The notes under the pieces were generated by a model. The model saw nothing but the letters and a program-made list of their open reading frames with translations. It did not search any database and was not told where the DNA came from. Below are positions 44,857-54,223 of a stretch of DNA of 64,000 nucleotides, in pieces. This DNA is from Lentisphaerae bacterium GWF2_45_14 (GTDB lineage Bacteria > Verrucomicrobiota > Lentisphaeria > Victivallales > GWF2-45-14), in contig MHBG01000072.1 in the NCBI GenBank assembly GCA_001804785.1, positions 53,002 to 117,001 of the forward strand. The letters run 5' to 3'. Within the stretch, counting starts at the first letter, position 1; each line of letters opens with the position of its first letter. A program made the position numbers and the translations under genes.

Positions 44857-46011
44857 ATGTCTCAAAACTGTGTTATTTCGACAGAGGAATTCAAAGAGCG
44901 TATTGTCCGGACCAGAAAATCCATGCAGTCGGCAGGCCTTGAACTGCTCCTGGTTTTTTCGACAGAGAGCGAACCTGCGGGGGTAAGATATTTTTCCGAC
45001 TACTGGCCGAGCTTTGAAAGTTCCGGAGTCCTCATCCCCCTGGAGGGCGAGCCCCTTCTGCTTATCGGCCCGGAGAGCATGACATTCGCGAAAGGGCGCT
45101 CAAAAATAGAAAATATTATAAGGATGAAGGACTTCCGCGAATCGTCAATGCCGGACTATCCGGGAAACAAACTGATTGAGTGGAAAGAACTTCTGAGCCG
45201 CTTTTCGGCAAAAAAGATCGGGATAGCAGGGTGGCAGATGATTCCACAGTCCATCTATAAAAATATCGCAGCCGTACTCGGTGAAGAAAATATGTCGGAC
45301 GCCGATGAAGTCGTAAGAAAAGTTACTATGAAAAAGAGTCCGGCGGAATTGAATTGCCTGAGAGAGGCCGCGAAAATCTCAGAATTGGGATTCAAGGCCA
45401 TTCTTGAAAATATCAGGCCTGGCATGACTGAAGCCCAGCTTGCAGGAATCGCCGCAGGAGCGATGTTGGCTAATGGCGCGGAAGCAACTGGTTACCCCAT
45501 ATGGTGTTGCAGCGGACCAAACTCCACGCAGGCAATCAGCCGTCCGACGCTTCGCAAAGTGCAGGAAGGCGAAATAATCCATTTCAGCATTGGGGCAAAA
45601 GTCTCCGGTTACAGTGCCAGTATCGGCCGACCAGTCGTTCTCGGCCAATGTCCTCCTGATACTCTCAAGTTTATGCAGACCGGACTGGATGCCATGAATA
45701 TGACTATTGATCTCATGCGCGGCGGAACCCCTGCTTCCGATGTGGCGAAAAAAGTTCACGGATATATTGCCGGCAAGGGTTACGGCCACACAATTCTATA
45801 TGGCCCGGCGCATGGCTGCGGGCAGATGGAATGCGAATTCCCGTTCCTTGAGACATCATCGACTTTTACTCTTGAAGAGAATATGGTTTTCATGGTCGAT
45901 GTGTTTCTCGCGGAAGAAAATATGGGTTTTCGCTGGGAGGACGGCGTTATAATAAGGAATGGAAAAGCCGAAGAACTCTCAAGTTATAAAAGGGAGATAA
46001 ATATAATATGA
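44857..46011 (+). CDS. M24-fold hydrolase (creatinase/prolidase-like) lacking the canonical metal-binding aspartates
   Basis: 384 aa. Creatinase_N-like N-domain plus pita-bread domain: KSPAELNCLREAAKISE..., GEIIHFSIGAKVSGYSASIGRP (canonical GDxxxxDxGxxxxGYxSDxTRT), HGCGQMECEFP and RWEDGVII. Confidence 0.75.
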   Translation: MSQNCVISTEEFKERIVRTRKSMQSAGLELLLVFSTESEPAGVRYFSDYWPSFESSGVLIPLEGEPLLLIGPESMTFAKGRSKIENIIRMKDFRESSMPDYPGNKLIEWKELLSRFSAKKIGIAGWQMIPQSIYKNIAAVLGEENMSDADEVVRKVTMKKSPAELNCLREAAKISELGFKAILENIRPGMTEAQLAGIAAGAMLANGAEATGYPIWCCSGPNSTQAISRPTLRKVQEGEIIHFSIGAKVSGYSASIGRPVVLGQCPPDTLKFMQTGLDAMNMTIDLMRGGTPASDVAKKVHGYIAGKGYGHTILYGPAHGCGQMECEFPFLETSSTFTLEENMVFMVDVFLAEENMGFRWEDGVIIRNGKAEELSSYKREINII

Positions 46012-46796
46012 TTATAGATATACATGGTCATATCGGCAATATAAATTTAGCCCCTTTTTGGCAGGCGGACGCCGCAAGACTTGAGGAATATCTGGAAAAG
46101 GCCGGAGTTGACAGACTTTGCGTATCATCCGCAAAATCAATAATGTATGACGTAAGAGAAGGGAACAAAGATCTTGCCGAGGCACTGGATGAAAGTGAAA
46201 GGCTACTTGGATATGTAACCGTAAACCCGCTTTTTCCCGAAAGTCTCGAAGATCTCAAATATCTTGAAAATCCTAAATTCATAGGAGTAAAAGTCCATCC
46301 GGACTATCACGGATATGATGTCGGCTCCAGAGATACTCAGAAGTTTATGGACAAAGTAGCGTCTAAAACCAAACTCATGCTTTTTCATGTATCATGCATG
46401 CCAGGAACAGGATTCGCCGATGCCGAAACCGTGGCAAGGTTTGCGTCTGAACATCCGGACAATGATTTTGTAATGGCACATCTGGCCGGCATTTTCCAGA
46501 ACGGTCTTTATCCGTATTTTCCCAATTTAAAAGGGCTTGAAATAGTCAGCAAATTTGCCTGTGAAAATATTTATGTTGACACAGCCCATTACCTTATGTA
46601 TGTCTATCCAGGCGTCATGGAAAAGATGGTGGAACTTATTGGGGCAGAGCACATTGTTCTCGGTACCGACTGCCCACTTCAAGGGCCTCTGCAGATGCGT
46701 TTTGCTATCGAAACAGTTAAGGCACTGGATATTCCGGAAGCTGATAAAGAAAAAATCCTCTGCGGAAATGCGCAAAAACTATTGAGGTTTTCATGA
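46008..46796 (+). CDS. Amidohydrolase_2-family metal-dependent hydrolase
   Basis: 262 aa. MIIDIHGHIG (DxHxH), VKVHPDYHG, FVMAHLAG, YVDTAH and GTDCP. ATGA overlap with the upstream gene. Confidence 0.75.
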   Translation: MIIDIHGHIGNINLAPFWQADAARLEEYLEKAGVDRLCVSSAKSIMYDVREGNKDLAEALDESERLLGYVTVNPLFPESLEDLKYLENPKFIGVKVHPDYHGYDVGSRDTQKFMDKVASKTKLMLFHVSCMPGTGFADAETVARFASEHPDNDFVMAHLAGIFQNGLYPYFPNLKGLEIVSKFACENIYVDTAHYLMYVYPGVMEKMVELIGAEHIVLGTDCPLQGPLQMRFAIETVKALDIPEADKEKILCGNAQKLLRFS

Positions 46797-47167
46797 TGGT
46801 ACAGGAAGGAAATTTCACATGGGTCGTTCCTGACGGTTGGCTGCCACCCGAAGGCGGTGAAGGGGACTTGATCAATCATGAGTCATTAATGATTATGAAC
46901 ACAGGCGCGGAGCAGGCAAATCTAGTCATTGATATTTACTTTGACGACCGTCCTCCCGTTAAAGGGCTTGCTCAAATAGTTGAAGCGGAAAGAATTAAAG
47001 CCATACGTCTTGATAAACCAGAGGAACTTGGTTTCAGGATTCCGCATGCCACGCAGTACGCGTTGAGAATAAGAAGCAATGTGAAAGTTATTGTACAGTA
47101 CGGACGCATGGACGTGCGCCAGTCGAACCTTGCTTATTACGGAACAATGGCATACCCTGTAAATTAA
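46793..47167 (+). CDS. ASRT-family protein (Anabaena sensory rhodopsin transducer-like, ~125 aa all-beta)
   Basis: 124 aa. W..PDGWLPPEG...INHESLMIMNTGAEQANLVIDIYFDDRPPV...IVEAERIKAIRLD...IPHATQYALRIRSNVKVIVQYGRMDVRQSNLAYYGTMAYP parallels ASRT (W..AEGYIPPYG...ISHETVCILNAGDEDAHVEITIYYSDKEPVG...VPARRTKHVRFN...IPHDTDFASVIQSNVPIVVQHTRLDSRQ...STIAY) as I recall it. Confidence 0.7.
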   Translation: MMVQEGNFTWVVPDGWLPPEGGEGDLINHESLMIMNTGAEQANLVIDIYFDDRPPVKGLAQIVEAERIKAIRLDKPEELGFRIPHATQYALRIRSNVKVIVQYGRMDVRQSNLAYYGTMAYPVN

Positions 47168-47192
47168 ATCAAAAATAAAAGGACTTGAAAAA

Positions 47193-48017
47193 ATGGCAAA
47201 GTTGAAAGACAAATTCTGGCTCTGGGGACAAAACGTCGGTATTCATCATGCGTGTGGAAACGGTCAGTACAATTTGCCCGGAGTGAACCAGATGGACTCC
47301 GCGGAAGGCTGCAAGTTTTTTGGGATTCCGAACTGTTGCAGGGTGGCGATGGGCAGCGGGCCATTTCCGCCGTTTGACGCGGAAGCGGAGAAGCTTAAAG
47401 ACTGCAAGCAGGTTGTATGGTCGGCGGTCGGAGCAGGAGGCCTTACCCAGCATAATGACGACAAGAGCGACTTGGATGAAGTTCTGCGTCAGGCTGCGAT
47501 ACACCCTAATGTCACGGGTGCCGTCCTTGATGATTTTTTCAAGTCGGTGGAAGGGTTCAAGACCAGCGGCACAGTCGCCAGGCATACGGTAGACAGTATC
47601 GCTTCCATGCGTAAAAAACTGCATAATTTCCCCAAGAGGAAACTCGATTTGTGGATGGTATGGTATTCCTATCAGTTGGATTATGACGTCGCCGATTATA
47701 TCTCTTTATGCGATGTGGTTACCTTGTGGACGTGGAAAGGTTCAGATCTCACAATTCTTGACGAAAACATCAGGAAATTTATAGCAAAAACCCCTCAAAA
47801 AAGGCGTCTTGCGGGTTGCTATATGTGGAACTATGGCGAGCAAAAACCTCTGTCGAATAAAGAAATGCAGGATCAGCTGGATTGTTATTATAGCTGGATC
47901 AAAAAGGGAGATATCGAAGGAATTGTGTTGTGTTCCAACTGTATCGCCGATATCGATTTGGAAGCCGTAGATATCACGCAACGATGGCTAGAGAAGGTTG
48001 GGGAAGAAGAAGTATAG
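47193..48017 (+). CDS. Uncharacterised cytoplasmic protein, tandem paralog A (274 aa)
   Basis: MAKLKDKFWLWGQN...CCRVAMGSGPFPPFD...[12 protein letters not shown]...[16 protein letters not shown]...[17 protein letters not shown]... No signal peptide and no family I recognise. RBS AAAGGA. Confidence 0.7.
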   Translation: MAKLKDKFWLWGQNVGIHHACGNGQYNLPGVNQMDSAEGCKFFGIPNCCRVAMGSGPFPPFDAEAEKLKDCKQVVWSAVGAGGLTQHNDDKSDLDEVLRQAAIHPNVTGAVLDDFFKSVEGFKTSGTVARHTVDSIASMRKKLHNFPKRKLDLWMVWYSYQLDYDVADYISLCDVVTLWTWKGSDLTILDENIRKFIAKTPQKRRLAGCYMWNYGEQKPLSNKEMQDQLDCYYSWIKKGDIEGIVLCSNCIADIDLEAVDITQRWLEKVGEEEV

Positions 48018-48122
48018 ATTTAATATAGATGCAGCTTGATTTGGCGGGCTCGACACGACTCAAGCCGACATGGCCTGTTGCAGGTACATGGGGTATAACG
48101 AATAAAAAAAGGAAAGTAGAAA

Positions 48123-48947
48123 ATGACAAAATTAAAAGACAACTTCTGGCTCTGGGGACAAAATCCGGGAAGCCACCATGTGAATTCAATGGGCGACAAT
48201 TCCTACAAACTTCCAGGTAAAAACTTAATGGGGTCAAAGGAAGGATGCGAATGCCTGGGAATAGATAAATGCTGCAGAGTGGCGATGGCGGCAGGCCCCT
48301 TCCCTCCTTTTGACGAAGAGGCTGAAAAGATCAAGGATTTAAAGGAAGTTGTATGGTCGGCAATCGGCGCGGGTAGCGTTAAGCATCATAATGACGACAA
48401 AAGCGATCTTGATGAAGTTCTCAAGATGGCGCAAATTTATCCGAACGTATCAGGGGCTGTTCTCGACGACTTTTTCTCCTCGCTTGAGTTTGCGGACAAG
48501 AAGCTTGCCCGACATTCGATTGAAAGCATAAAAAACATGCGCGACCGCCTACATGGATTCAGCAAGCGAAAACTTGATCTATGGATGGTGTGGTATACTT
48601 ATCAGCTCGACTACAAGGTCAGAGATTATATTGACTTGTGCGACGTGATAACCATGTGGACATGGAAAGGATGCGACCTGCCGAATCTTGACAAAAACAT
48701 GGAAAAATTCTTGGCGCAAGCTCCTGAAAAAAGACGCTTAGCCGGATGCTATATGTGGAACTACGGCGAACAAAAGCCATTGACGGTCGATGACATGAAA
48801 TTTCAGTGCGAAAAGTATTACAACTGGATACAAAAAGGCTGGATAGAGGGGATTGTTTTTTGTTCAAATTGTATTTGCGATATCGGTCTTGACACTGTAG
48901 AGTGGACAAGGAACTGGATTGCTGAAATAGGCGATGAGAAAGTATAG
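48123..48947 (+). CDS. Uncharacterised cytoplasmic protein, tandem paralog B (274 aa)
   Basis: Same length as paralog A, about 60-65% identical by eye and collinear throughout ([14 protein letters not shown]...[15 protein letters not shown]...[12 protein letters not shown]...[16 protein letters not shown]...[17 protein letters not shown]). Confidence 0.7.
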   Translation: MTKLKDNFWLWGQNPGSHHVNSMGDNSYKLPGKNLMGSKEGCECLGIDKCCRVAMAAGPFPPFDEEAEKIKDLKEVVWSAIGAGSVKHHNDDKSDLDEVLKMAQIYPNVSGAVLDDFFSSLEFADKKLARHSIESIKNMRDRLHGFSKRKLDLWMVWYTYQLDYKVRDYIDLCDVITMWTWKGCDLPNLDKNMEKFLAQAPEKRRLAGCYMWNYGEQKPLTVDDMKFQCEKYYNWIQKGWIEGIVFCSNCICDIGLDTVEWTRNWIAEIGDEKV

Positions 48948-48973
48948 CAAGGAAAAGAGAGGCGGGCCGGAGC

Positions 48974-49705
48974 ATGGTTATTAAAAGGCGAATGTACTTC
49001 ACGCTCATTGAACTGCTCGTAGTAATAGCTATAATCGCAATTCTGGCGAGCATGCTCCTGCCTGCCCTGAGGAGAGCCAAGGTGGCCGCAAATAGAACTG
49101 TCTGCATGAACAGTATGAAACAAATAGGTCTTGGCCTGAGAAATTATGTGACCGACTATAATGAGTGGTGGCCTTACCGCGAACACGCAACTGTACAGCC
49201 GCTGTTTTACTGGGCTCTTCAGCTTACGGAAGGCGGATATCTGAAACAAGGAGTAAATGATTACGATTTTTCAGTGAAATGCCCTACCCGCAAGAGGATA
49301 AACTCAAATGTATGGATAAACTCATGCACAGATTATGTGATAAATGCCGCGTGTTCAGACAAGGGATGGGGGAATATGGGAGGCGGCTTGAGTGAAGGCA
49401 GAAATGGTATGCTTGGTTGCAAAGACAGCGTAATAAACAGTCCCGCGAAATTCGGAATACTTGGAGAGCGCGACGATGTTTACGCTTCGTCTATGACTTA
49501 CGTTAGAGATTACAGAGACTTTTGTACTGACAGCATAGCCCCGACAGCTGGTAGTACAGGAATCAGCTTGGATTCTCACGGTGAAACATCCAACTACCTT
49601 TTTGCCGATAACCACGCCGAGCCTATTACATGGAAAAATTTAAATATGGGCCGCCTTACGATACGAGACGGTCTCTATGACAGTTATACCATACTAAATC
49701 GCTGA
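48974..49705 (+). CDS. Pseudopilin-like protein (prepilin-type N-terminal helix, DUF1559-like, HX9DN variant)
   Basis: [36 protein letters not shown]... The C-terminal [21 protein letters not shown] is H-x9-DN. Confidence 0.85.
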   Translation: MVIKRRMYFTLIELLVVIAIIAILASMLLPALRRAKVAANRTVCMNSMKQIGLGLRNYVTDYNEWWPYREHATVQPLFYWALQLTEGGYLKQGVNDYDFSVKCPTRKRINSNVWINSCTDYVINAACSDKGWGNMGGGLSEGRNGMLGCKDSVINSPAKFGILGERDDVYASSMTYVRDYRDFCTDSIAPTAGSTGISLDSHGETSNYLFADNHAEPITWKNLNMGRLTIRDGLYDSYTILNR

Positions 49706-49779
49706 CCGGCTAAAGTGCCGAAAGTCCGATTACAAAAACTTTTTAAGACGTCAAAACAGATTAAGAAAAGGAGTCATTA

Positions 49780-52700
49780 GTGAGAACAGGGAAAACAATC
49801 AGCCGAACAATGAGATTTACAATGGCCATTTTGGCGGCGCTGGCCCTGACCGGATGCGGCACAGAAAAAAAACAATGCGCCGACACGGGCACCTCACTTT
49901 CAAACAAAGAATATTATAGACTGATAGCGGAAAGCAAAAAGGGCAATAGCTCAGAAGAAAACGTTATCGTCAACGGCGGTTTTGAAAATTATGACGCTGC
50001 GCTCGGCAAATTCGAAGGATGGAACGATTTGAAAAAACAAGTATCTTCCTCCGGTGATGCAGCAAGCGGGGCAAGGTCTGCAAAAATTGAACTTTCAGAA
50101 AAACCGAAATGGGGACCTACATTTGTCAGAGGGCAAACAAGCTATTCTGTAGACCTTAAACCCGGAAGCTATTTGTTCAGCTGCGTTTGCAAAGGCAAAA
50201 ATCTTACAGACCTGAAAATCAACTTGCTCCTTGCCGACGGCAAAATCGCAAAAGGGACACAAGTAATCAGTCTCCGAGAAAAAGACATGAAGGATTGGAA
50301 GCCATTTCAAGCACTTTTGAAAACGCCGGAGGATACCGGAGTAAAGGGGTTAGCCCTGGAATTTCTGGGAGAGCGTGGTGCAGAGTGCGAGGCATTTATA
50401 GACGACGTAAAATTAGTCAGAAAAACCGGTTCATCCAACGTAATGTTCAATTCAAGTTTTGAGATTTGCACCGTTCCCGAATGTCCCGACCGCTGGACCT
50501 CAGAGTCGGCCCAATTACTCTATCCGGAAAAATACAATACCTCCATAGTGTCAAACACAGCTAAGACTGGCTCAAACTCCATAAAGATGAGCTGGCACGG
50601 ACCTTATGATAAAAACCTTGCCATGTATAGCCGACTCATGTCGGGATTTTGCTCAGGGGTAGATGAGGGAGCCCAATACACTGTCTCGCTATGGATGAAA
50701 ACCGACAATCCTCCTGTAAAAATGAACCTGTGGATGAATTATGTGAACCGCAAAACATTTACAATCGACTCAAAGGAATGGAAAGAATACACATTTAGCT
50801 CCACATGGCGCCAGCCTTGGCGCAATACGGTTTTTGCATTTATCCTGCTTTTCTTTGAAGGCAAAGACGGAGAAATGATTGACGCCAATGTTTGGGTTGA
50901 CGACGTTATGGCGGAGCCGGGAGAAAAGGCGACCAGCTGGAAGCCGGCTCTGGAGGATGAATTGTACATGGACAAAATGTTTCCGAAGCCAGGGACTGAG
51001 GTCGAAAAATCTGTTCAAATAGCGAATCGGCCTGAACTTGCCACCGAAAAGGTGAAGTCCGGAAGCATTGCGACAGACGGAAAACTGGATGAAAAAGTAT
51101 GGTCCGGTAAAAATACAGCGGAATGTATTACTCCCTTCAAAAACACGGCGGTCAGCAATCCGACTTCCTGCAGAATAGCTTACGATGACGACTATCTTTA
51201 TGTTGCTCTGGACGCCAAACGCAAAACGCCCAAGGGTCCGGCAAAGGATTCAGACAGCCCCTTTTCCGGAGACTGGATTGAGTTTTTCCTTGACCCGAAC
51301 AGTTCCGACTGCGCGTATTATCAATTCGTAATCAACAGCAAAGGGAATATTTTCACGACCCAATGCCGCTTTGATCCCATCGCCTTTGAAACTCCCGGTT
51401 CAAGTGGTTATACTCTCATCTCTTGGAAGCCAAAATTCGACTATGCCGTAAGTGAAGGCAAGAACGGATGGCAGGCGGAATTGAAGATTCCATTGAATCT
51501 TTTCGGTTCCGAACTGCGTGAAGGCAAGCCTTTCAACGTTAACTTTTATAGAGTCATATCAGAGACAGGGGAGGCAAACGCCTGGAGCAAGACCCAAAAG
51601 GGATTTCACGATATGCCCCTTTTTGGAAGACTCAACGGCTTTAAATCTGAAAAAGAGTTTGCCTCGCTGGACTTTTCGGATATTACGTTTCTACCATCGG
51701 CTGACGGAAAAACGGTTGTCGGAAAATTGTCTCTAAAAAACAAGCTCGTGGTAAATTCACTGACAGCCGAGCTCGTAGAAAATAACAATAAAGCCGATCC
51801 GCTGAAAGTTTATGAAGAAAATGGAATATACAATATAGCCATCCCTTTCTCTCCGCGCGAGGCCCTAAACAAGACCATCCGGCTTAGCGCTAAGACAAAA
51901 GGAGAAAGTGTTCAAGCCTTTGCCTCCGTAAATATTTCCAGATTACTGGTTTTCGGCGTAAATTCGGCTGTTTTTCAAGGCGAGAAAAATTTCCCGTGCC
52001 TGGTTAGCGTAAATCTTCCTGAAAAAGAGAGAAAACAAGCTGTTTTAAAATTTACCGTTGCTGAACGCAAAAGCGGAAAGAAAGTTATTGAAACGGAATT
52101 GCCCATAAAATCTGCCCGGGACGTTTACAGTGTTCCCTTCTCAAAACTGCCTGACGGATGGCACAATTTGACTGCGTCTTTGCAGATGCACGGAAAGACA
52201 ATTGCCGAAGAGACAAGATGGACCTATCTGGGAGAACGTAAAAAGGACAACGTGCGTGTGTGTGTGGAGAACATGCGGATTGAACGCAACGGAAAGCCTT
52301 TTTTTATGCTGGGAACCTGGAATATATTGAAAGATCCCAAAGTCAATTTCAAACAGCTTTCCAAATATAAAGATTTCGGAGTCAATACGATAACTATTTC
52401 TTTGCTGAATTATCGCTCCAAGTACGAGGACTTTGATTTCGACTTAATATTTGATGAAGCGGAAAAGGCCGGACTTTTAGTGATACCTGATTTCACCTAT
52501 CTTATGGTATACGGCGAAAAAATGCACAAATATTCCAGGGATAAGATATTTGACATTATCAAATCTTTTGTCAAAAAATACAAGGACCGCCCCAGTCTTC
52601 TTATGTATCACGGGATGGATGAATGGGTTGCCGGCCGCCAGAGAAGCCTGCCGTTCTGCTCAGACGAAGACCTTGAAAAAGTTTACTGGCTTGTGAGAGA

Positions 52701-53370
52701 AAACGACCCCTATCATCCTTTCTTCTTCAACTTGGGTCCACGGACATGGGCATGGGGCGACTTGAGGTTCACCGACATTTTCAGCTATGATTGTTATATC
52801 GCGTCACCAGCCCCCTATGAGACCAATATGGAGCGCTTCGATTACTACGCCAGTGAAGGAGAGAAGTGCGCCGTTGACAATCTGAAACCTATGTTCAACG
52901 TAATTCAGTTCAGTTGTGGAACGGAAATATTTCAGACACGCCTGATGCGCTACAACGAACAACGCTGCCTGGCTTATGTCACCATTCTCAACGGCAGCAA
53001 GGGAATCCTATTCTATACAGGGCTCAGCTGGTGCGAGCCGAAAAATAAACAGCTTCCCTCCATATCTGAAGAGCTTAACCAGCTGGCGCCCGTCCTACTC
53101 GGTTACGAAAGGGAGGAAAGAATTGAAACAGGAACAAAGGATGTACTGGCGAAGTATTTACTTTTCAAGGGAGCTTTCTGGATTATATGCGCTAACGCAG
53201 GAGCCAAGGAAGTCCATGGAGTGGAGATGGATCTGAATGGAATCCTGCAGGGGAGCCATAAGGCGAAAGCGGTTTTCAATGGCTGTGAGAAAAGTATTGA
53301 AAACGGAAAACTGAAGCTCGACTTTGAGCCTTATGAATGTTTCGTCTACAAGGTCGACGTACAATATTAG
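49780..53370 (+). CDS. 1196-aa multidomain lipoprotein: two CBM4/9-type modules, a CBM9-like module, and a C-terminal TIM-barrel-like putative glycoside hydrolase region
   Basis: GTG start 6 nt after AAGGAG. Lipobox ILAALALTGC. NGGFE-type CBM starts (VIVNGGFENYD..., NVMFNSSFEICT...). CBM9-like block KLDEKVWSGKN...AYDDDYLYVALDA...FFLDPN...YYQFVINSKGN...AELKIPL. C-terminal NGKPFFMLGTWN...GVNTITISL... Confidence 0.7.
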   Translation: MRTGKTISRTMRFTMAILAALALTGCGTEKKQCADTGTSLSNKEYYRLIAESKKGNSSEENVIVNGGFENYDAALGKFEGWNDLKKQVSSSGDAASGARSAKIELSEKPKWGPTFVRGQTSYSVDLKPGSYLFSCVCKGKNLTDLKINLLLADGKIAKGTQVISLREKDMKDWKPFQALLKTPEDTGVKGLALEFLGERGAECEAFIDDVKLVRKTGSSNVMFNSSFEICTVPECPDRWTSESAQLLYPEKYNTSIVSNTAKTGSNSIKMSWHGPYDKNLAMYSRLMSGFCSGVDEGAQYTVSLWMKTDNPPVKMNLWMNYVNRKTFTIDSKEWKEYTFSSTWRQPWRNTVFAFILLFFEGKDGEMIDANVWVDDVMAEPGEKATSWKPALEDELYMDKMFPKPGTEVEKSVQIANRPELATEKVKSGSIATDGKLDEKVWSGKNTAECITPFKNTAVSNPTSCRIAYDDDYLYVALDAKRKTPKGPAKDSDSPFSGDWIEFFLDPNSSDCAYYQFVINSKGNIFTTQCRFDPIAFETPGSSGYTLISWKPKFDYAVSEGKNGWQAELKIPLNLFGSELREGKPFNVNFYRVISETGEANAWSKTQKGFHDMPLFGRLNGFKSEKEFASLDFSDITFLPSADGKTVVGKLSLKNKLVVNSLTAELVENNNKADPLKVYEENGIYNIAIPFSPREALNKTIRLSAKTKGESVQAFASVNISRLLVFGVNSAVFQGEKNFPCLVSVNLPEKERKQAVLKFTVAERKSGKKVIETELPIKSARDVYSVPFSKLPDGWHNLTASLQMHGKTIAEETRWTYLGERKKDNVRVCVENMRIERNGKPFFMLGTWNILKDPKVNFKQLSKYKDFGVNTITISLLNYRSKYEDFDFDLIFDEAEKAGLLVIPDFTYLMVYGEKMHKYSRDKIFDIIKSFVKKYKDRPSLLMYHGMDEWVAGRQRSLPFCSDEDLEKVYWLVRENDPYHPFFFNLGPRTWAWGDLRFTDIFSYDCYIASPAPYETNMERFDYYASEGEKCAVDNLKPMFNVIQFSCGTEIFQTRLMRYNEQRCLAYVTILNGSKGILFYTGLSWCEPKNKQLPSISEELNQLAPVLLGYEREERIETGTKDVLAKYLLFKGAFWIICANAGAKEVHGVEMDLNGILQGSHKAKAVFNGCEKSIENGKLKLDFEPYECFVYKVDVQY

Positions 53371-53420
53371 CAAATCGGCGCTGAGAAGATATAATAGTAA
53401 AAGGAAAGGAAGACTGGAGC

Positions 53421-54155
53421 ATGGCTACTGAAAAACGAATACGCTTCACGCTCATTGAATTGCTTGTGGTAATTTCGATTATCGCAATTCTGGCGAGCAT
53501 GCTCCTCCCTGCCCTGAGGAATGCGAGAGAAATGGGCAAAACCACTGTTTGCGTGAACAATTTCAAGCAAGTAGGTATGGCATTATACTCGTATGCCGGA
53601 GATTCCAACTCTTTTCTGCCAATCACTGAAGTAGGAAATTCCGGCATGACTGAAAATGGATGGGGATCCACGTTGATGAACACCTGGGCGCAAAAACTAG
53701 CAAAGGCCGGAGCTATAAAAACGTATGCAATTGGCGAAAGCAGCATACTCGTATGCCCTTCTTTATTCCCGTTTGGAAAGTTCTATAGTCATTACTACAT
53801 TTACGGTTATCGCTATCCTGCTACGGAGCACTGGAGACTAGGCAACGAATATAACATTAACCCGTGGTATCCCAAACGCAGCCCGACAAAAACGGCCCTT
53901 GCCGGAGATTCCGGCTGTAAATACACGGCTACGTCGGTTTTCGGACAGGCATATTACTACATGCCGTCCTGCTCTTCAGGGGCTGAGCCTATGAATGGTT
54001 TTATTCATACCCGGCATCAGAACAAAGCGGCTTTTATTTTTGCCGACGGACATGCTGAGACCGTGGGTTTTAAGCAATTCGTTCCTTTCACAGACCCCGA
54101 CTCGCTTCTTATAAACCACTACTATGACCAGAATGGGAATTGGATAGAATTATAG
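53421..54155 (+). CDS. Pseudopilin-like protein (prepilin-type N-terminal helix, DUF1559-like, HX9DG)
   Basis: [36 protein letters not shown]... The C-terminal [20 protein letters not shown] is H-x9-DG. Confidence 0.85.
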   Translation: MATEKRIRFTLIELLVVISIIAILASMLLPALRNAREMGKTTVCVNNFKQVGMALYSYAGDSNSFLPITEVGNSGMTENGWGSTLMNTWAQKLAKAGAIKTYAIGESSILVCPSLFPFGKFYSHYYIYGYRYPATEHWRLGNEYNINPWYPKRSPTKTALAGDSGCKYTATSVFGQAYYYMPSCSSGAEPMNGFIHTRHQNKAAFIFADGHAETVGFKQFVPFTDPDSLLINHYYDQNGNWIEL

Positions 54156-54223
54156 TGATTATCGAAGTCCGCACGAAAGCGAAGCTTGTAAGATAAAAAT
54201 ATTAAATAATAGAAGGAGTTAGA

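Noticed and set aside
48619-49107. 162-aa minus-strand ORF (and its look-alike at 53276..53746) sharing the peptide [24 protein letters not shown]
   Set aside because: The shared peptide is simply the reverse-complement reading of the conserved [18 protein letters not shown] pilin helix. Both are antisense to well-supported genes.
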